The notes below the pieces were generated by a model, which was given only the letters and a program-made list of their open reading frames with translations, did no database searches and was not told the origin of the DNA. Both the position numbers and the translations under genes were made by a program. Shown here one piece after another: positions 58,901 through 64,000 of a stretch of 64,000 nucleotides of DNA. The DNA comes from Chrysomallon squamiferum (lineage: Eukaryota; Animalia; Mollusca): assembly GCA_012295275.1 (NCBI GenBank), contig CM022670.1, positions 19,654,001 to 19,718,000 on the forward strand, written 5' to 3'. Within the stretch, counting starts at the first letter, position 1. Each line of letters begins with the position of its first letter.

Positions 58901-61900
58901 TCGTCGTCGTCATTATCATTATTAACAGCATTTGGAATGTTGATCAATCAGTCAGTTTCTGGAAAGGAAAGTTATATTTCTGAGTGATCCATATTACTTT
59001 TATTAATTTTATCATATATCAGTTTAAATGCTGAGGTATGATGTAATTATGAAACTTTCGAATCTAGACTATAAATATTTCTAATAAAAAGCCATGATTT
59101 ATTTTAATGGTGACTTTATGTTAACGCAATATTTTTTTATTTAAAATTATATTTAAGATTTCTGATTATTTGTACATTAATCCAATTCAAAGAATTAATA
59201 TGTACAAATACAGACGAAAGCCTATTGAATTAGTTTACTTATTCGATTTCTTCGATGCTTTCAGCGTGTCAGTCAGGTACAACATATGGTACTAACTGTG
59301 ACAAACAATGTAGTGATCGTCACTGTTGGAATTCGCAAGAAAGCTGTCTTATAGACACTGGATCATGTAATGGACAATGTCAGACAGGCTGGGCTGGAGT
59401 CGATTGTACAGGTAATTAAACTTTTTAGAACTAACATCACTATCACGGAACAAAAGAAAAAATGAATAAATAAAATTGAAAAAAGAAAACAAGGAAAAAA
59501 CCCACTTTAAAACGTGTACATAACTCTGATCTGGCCGCTTTACTTTTCTTTGGGAATTTGGGCGAAGGGAGAGTTAACACAAAAATGAACGGTGAATTTA
59601 TGCTTATTTGAAAACATCCGAGCAGTTTCAATGCCTATTTTATTTTTGCTCTATAATTATTACAATTTTTATGTTATGTTATGGAGCAAAATTATTTTCG
59701 AAATTAGGCATATATTATTTGTGTATATTAAATATATCTCATCATTTATTATTATTATTATTATCATCATCATCATCATGATTTTTATTATTATTATTAT
59801 TAAAATCGTTTGCTGTGTTGATCAGTCAGTCAGTTAATGGAAGGGATATTTATATTTCTGAGTGATATATATTACTTTTATCATTTTATTATATATCAGT
59901 TTAAATGCTGTGATATGATGTGATTATGAAACATTAATGTGCATATTGTCAAATTTCCAACAGAACGCTATGATTTATTTTAATGGTGTCTTGTTTGTAC
60001 AAGTAATTAAACATTAAAGATGTGACTGTGTTTTCGGAAGAAAAAAAAAAATATATATATATATATATATATTATATTACATAAAATCAAGTAATAAATA
60101 ATTCTGCGGACATAATAGAAATGCAAAAGTAATTCTGAATATTTGTTGAAGATAAAAGTAAATATAAGAACAGATACAGAATTTGTGTTGATATATGTGT
60201 TTATATTTAAGATTCTAATAAAGGAAGAAATTAAATAACATCTTAATAACACAAATATATTTAGCAATCAAATATATATCACATAAACAAGAAAATATAT
60301 ATGAACTGATGAACTAATTTTATATTTTAAAAAGTATTATTCACTTTTCTTCTTTATTCTTCACATAGTCACTGTTCTAAAGAGACTGTATATGTTTTTT
60401 AGAATGTCAGACTGGTCAGTATGGTTCTAACTGTAACAAGTCGTGTAATGAACGACACTGTGCTGTTTCCTCTCCCTGTGACACACAGACTGGGTCTTGT
60501 ATTGGAGGATGTCAAGCTGGATGGAGTGGAATTGATTGTACTCAAGGTGTGTACAAAATTAATTTTTCTTTGTCTCGTATTTTTCTGAAGTATGTATTAT
60601 AAAATAATAGCAGTAGAAAATATTTTGATTTAAAAAAAACAAATGTTCTAATGAACAGGGAATAAAAATATGTTTTCATTGTGACTTTATAGAATTATGA
60701 ACTTTCTTTTTCAGCGGGCACAAAAAGTAATAACCATTGTGCTGCAACAAATACGTCCTTTAACACACAAACACCTTTTATTTTCATATATATTTCTCGA
60801 TTTCCATCTACAGTTACATATTTGATGCTGTGAATGATGACATTCCAGGCCGATTTAAGCTTCTTAATTAAAAATAATAATTTATTTTGATTTGTTAGTT
60901 TACAGCGCTTTTGATTTGACCATGAAATGACACTTTGAAAAAGCTGTTTACTGTTATGATATATTTTACGTAATTGCCACGAAACGTTTCATTGATTCTG
61001 AAACCAAAACAAAAAAAATGTACAGTAGGCAGAATGCAAATTAAATCTAGAAAATTAAAAACTGATTCCATATTAGCCCGTATCAAAAAAATATTGCGTA
61101 TAATTTATGTAAATTGTGTTTGCTATTCTAAATTATTCTTGAAATAGGAATTATATGAGTAACAAGAAAAAGTACTTTTATTCTGTTTTAATAATACATA
61201 TCTTAAAATCTTGATTATGGACAAAAATGAGGAAAATATTATTTATTTTAATAATAATTTTAGGCGTTGATATACACTGAAGACAAAATATATTTGTTCC
61301 ACAATAAGGCTTAAATAAACATTTCATTAAACTGAGAAGACATAATATTTTATATCTACAAACCCACATTTAATATGTAGACCGATATATTTCAATCCAG
61401 AATCGGATGACGAAATATTGCCTATATGAAATAGGAATTAGACAAGAAACAAGAAAAAGAATTTCTGTACTTTTTTTAAAACATGTGTGAAAAACTTAAA
61501 GGATTCGAAAAATAACTTTTAGTGGTATTTATAAACAGAGTATTGATGAAAACGAACTTTTACCAAAAATAATTCTTTAAAATTAAATTTATTATTAAAA
61601 TTGGAAGAATAAACACCATATGTCTATATACTGATCATAATATGTAGATTTATTTCAAACCAGACGTCTTATAATTTTTCAGAATGTAATGAAACATATG
61701 GGACAAACTGTAGTTACAACTGCAGTGACAGACACTGCAAAGACGATGGCTCACCTTGTGATTCTAAAACTGGGAAATGTGTTCGAGGATGTAAACCTGG
61801 ATGGCTGAATGTTACGTGTACTCAGAGTAAGTTAGTGTATAAAGTTATAATTAACATCATTTTGAGCACATAATCATAATTATTAACAACGATCTTTTTT

Positions 61901-63752
61901 CTGCAGTCAAGTAATTAGAATGCAGGGCTTTAATGTGATGTATAAAAGGAGCTATCGTATATGGTGCAGACATTAGGAGAGATTTACTTTCTGTCAGTAC
62001 AACTGGTTTGCTAAAGATCATAATATAAGATTTCTTACATATACGAAGGTTCTGTTATAAAATCCCTAGTTCTAGTAGTAACAAAAAAATTCACATGGCG
62101 GCCATATATATTACAGTATGTTGAATAAATAATTTCTTCCTTTGTTTTTCTTTGTCCTTTTATTTTAGCCAACATACATCTACTTAGTTATATATAACTC
62201 TAAGCGACAATAGCTTATTAAAAATATTTATTGATAATATCTTATGCACTTACTATTAATTACTATTACATTTGAAGTTTTTTTTAATTTTTTATTTTTC
62301 TCACTAGAATGTGACGAAGATTTCTATGGAGACAGGTGCAATTTCTCATGTTCAGAAAGACAATGTTTTGAAAATCAGACTTGTTCTCATGAGACAGGAG
62401 AATGTATTAATGGATGTTTGCCTGGTTGGGAAGGAATTTCTTGTACCAATCGTGGGTTTATTAATATTTGTATAATAACAGTAACAACAACCACAATAAT
62501 AATAATAATAATAATAATAATTTTCTTAAGTGCTAATATATTTTTCAGCTCTATAATTTTTACTAAGTCACTTCAAGACATTATATCAAAAACACATAAT
62601 GATTTTAAGTGATTCGTGCATTCTGCACTTCTTTTTTTTTATCTAAATCATTATTACTTTCAAAAAAACAAGCAGATCATACAATAGCAATGTTTCCTTA
62701 TCCCATTCTGTAATGAGTTTGAAAAAGCAGATTCGGTTGTCAAACAGCGTTCTCAACATTTTAAATTCAGCTTGCAGTCTTGGACGCTATGGTAGGAACT
62801 GTAACTCTTCGTGTGGAGAGTGTAAATCAGGAGACTGTGACAAGGTTTCTGGAAACTGCACACAAGGTTGTTCTGATGGTTATGAAGGAGTCCTGTGTCA
62901 GCAGCGTTAGTAATTTTAAATATTCGTGTCAGACTTGAATTCATTGCAAATGTATTTGTTATCGTATTATTTCGTCTGTAATAAGTTATAATTTATATTA
63001 CTTTTTGAAAATATAATTTTTGTATTAACATTTCAGACTTTATTCTGGGGTGTTTGTATGATATAGTTGAATAGGAAAGTCGAATATGATTTAAGCTTTA
63101 TAAATTTATTCAAAATTAAATCATGATAATATATGATTTAATCGTTTCATAAAATTACTTGATATATACCACTGTAATAATTGTTCGCAAAATAAGTCCA
63201 TCGCCTTTCATGTTATTCTTTGCATAAATTGAAATTATGATAGATTTTTATTTTTATTAAAAGGTGTGTTTGCTCCACCTCCGCCCACAAAAGCCCTTAT
63301 TGGAATTGTCATTGGATTCATCGTTGTTATTCTATGCTTCTTCTTTTCCTTTTTTTTTACTGATACAATGTGAAGATGAAATAATAATTTGGAGTTTTCC
63401 TATTTCATAAATAACATTTCAGACTTTATTCTGGGGTGTTTGTATGATATAGTTGAATAGGAAAGTCGAAGATTGATTTAAGTTTATGAATTCATTAAAA
63501 ATTAAATCATGATAATATATGATTTGATCGTTTCATAAAATTACTTGATACATATCACTATAATTATTGTTCGCAATATAATTGCATAGCATTTCATATT
63601 AAATATTGCATATATTTAAATTATGACAGATTTTTATTTTTATTAAAAGCTGTGATTGCGCCACCTCCGCCCACAAACGTCATCATTGGAACTGTCGTTG
63701 GATTATTCGTTGTTATTCTTTTAGTTGTGATTTTAGTTATTGTAATAATGAG
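48383..63752 (+). CDS. Gene D (3'-partial): F-type lectin + 14 EGF-like modules + TM; tail exon expected beyond the window
   Basis: SP1 48383-48461 (or SP2 49769-49847), 52270-52476, 53090-53290, 54270-54842, 55488-55637, 56190-56336, 57215-57361, 58240-58386, 59265-59411, 60403-60546, 61683-61826, 62308-62451, 62771-62905, 63650-63752; frame open throughout. Confidence 0.85.
49769..49847 (+). CDS. Gene D alternative signal-peptide exon SP2
   Basis: MAATWICFRFLFCYLILGSGKTFASS + G|GTAATT. Confidence 0.7.
52270..52476 (+). CDS. Gene D F-type lectin exon 1
   Basis: As gene C but NVAWNK and SIHT. Confidence 0.9.
53090..53290 (+). CDS. Gene D F-type lectin exon 2 (24-nt in-frame deletion)
   Basis: FKWRRNG-ARQSNNPEHLCG...; lacks VHVYANTA. 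Confidence 0.87.
54270..54842 (+). CDS. Gene D exon with five internal EGF-like repeats
   Basis: 573 nt; homologous to 32671-33243. Confidence 0.9.
55488..55637 (+). CDS. Gene D EGF exon
   Basis: MCQSGTTYGTNCNKLCRDRHCRNSQQSCAIETGSCNGQCQIGWAEVDCT. Confidence 0.85.
56190..56336 (+). CDS. Gene D EGF repeat exon 1
   Basis: 147 nt; RHCFNSLQSCPT. Confidence 0.87.
57215..57361 (+). CDS. Gene D EGF repeat exon 2
   Basis: 147 nt; RHCWNSQESCPI. Confidence 0.87.
58240..58386 (+). CDS. Gene D EGF repeat exon 3
   Basis: 147 nt; RHCWNSQESCLI. Confidence 0.87.
59265..59411 (+). CDS. Gene D EGF repeat exon 4
   Basis: 147 nt; RHCWNSQESCLI. Confidence 0.87.
60403..60546 (+). CDS. Gene D EGF exon
   Basis: Matches 39027-39170. 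Confidence 0.88.
61683..61826 (+). CDS. Gene D EGF exon
   Basis: Homologue of 40306-40449 (CVRGCKPGWLNVTC). Confidence 0.88.
62308..62451 (+). CDS. Gene D-specific EGF exon
   Basis: CDEDFYGDRCNFSCSERQCFENQTCSHETGECINGCLPGWEGISCTN; C|GTGGGT. Confidence 0.85.
62771..62905 (+). CDS. Gene D-specific membrane-proximal EGF exon
   Basis: CSLGRYGRNCNSSCGECKSGDCDKVSGNCTQGCSDGYEGVLCQQ; resembles gene A exon 4653-4808. Confidence 0.85.
63264..63373 (+). CDS. Gene D duplicated, truncated TM exon (candidate tail-less terminal exon, or pseudo-exon)
   Basis: VFAPPPPTKALIGIVIGFIVVILCFFFSFFFTDTM-TGA; acceptor kept, normal donor lost. Confidence 0.5.
63650..63752 (+). CDS. Gene D transmembrane exon
   Basis: VIAPPPPTNVIIGTVVGLFVVILLVVILVIVIMR; AG|GTTTGT phase 2. 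Confidence 0.85.
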
Positions 63753-64000
63753 GTTTGTTTATTTTATGTGTAACATATTCAGATGTCTTTTGAAATAATT
63801 AGTTAATAGCATTTTTGCACACTAGATCTTTGCAAATAACAAGAACATAAAATACTGAAGAAATAAAATTATACATATATTTGTAAATTTCGCTAAGATA
63901 AGAAAATGGGTATATCCAACTTCTTTTAGTTATTTCTTCAAATGTATTGTTTGGTTTTAAATTGGTTTTTCATAAAATTCAAACAATGGTAATGGAAAGG

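Larger units (their letters stand above)
56130..59700 (+). repeat. Tandem 1025-bp exon+intron array in gene D
   Basis: Exon starts 56190, 57215, 58240, 59265 (spacing 1025). Confidence 0.92.
45340..62027 (+). repeat. ~16-kb segmental duplication, copy 2
   Basis: Aligns with ~24640-40650; similarity stops abruptly at ~62027. Confidence 0.88.

Noticed and set aside
45340-62027. C/D duplication as merely an uncollapsed haplotype
   Set aside because: Different 3' modules, different repeat order and an intervening emptied unit favour real paralogy; read depth is still needed to exclude it

Overview
AT-rich, microsatellite-dense, intron-rich animal DNA; the repeat profile suggests a mollusc, possibly a cephalopod, but that is inference. 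The ORF track is mostly noise. Hand splicing shows a tandem cluster of type-I membrane receptors built as signal peptide, F-type lectin (fucolectin/FTP) domain, a variable number of Cys-rich EGF-like modules, TM, and a tyrosine-motif tail ending in an ITAM-like YxxL-x10-YxxI. Members: gene A (- strand, 11741-3783, ~520 aa, two Ca-binding EGFs); a pseudogene relic (12550-13748); gene B (16116-24433, two of three EGF exons disabled); gene C (27182-41878, ~899 aa, 13 EGF-like modules); an emptied unit (~44300-45340); and gene D (48383 to beyond the window end). D is a near copy of C's ectodomain joined to a different membrane-proximal/TM module. The locus shows duplicated signal-peptide exons, EGF exon amplification and loss, variation at the sugar-binding residues, ectodomain/TM swapping and candidate decoy isoforms, as expected of a rapidly diversifying immune or self/non-self receptor family. 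All models are hand-spliced, with no RNA or database support.
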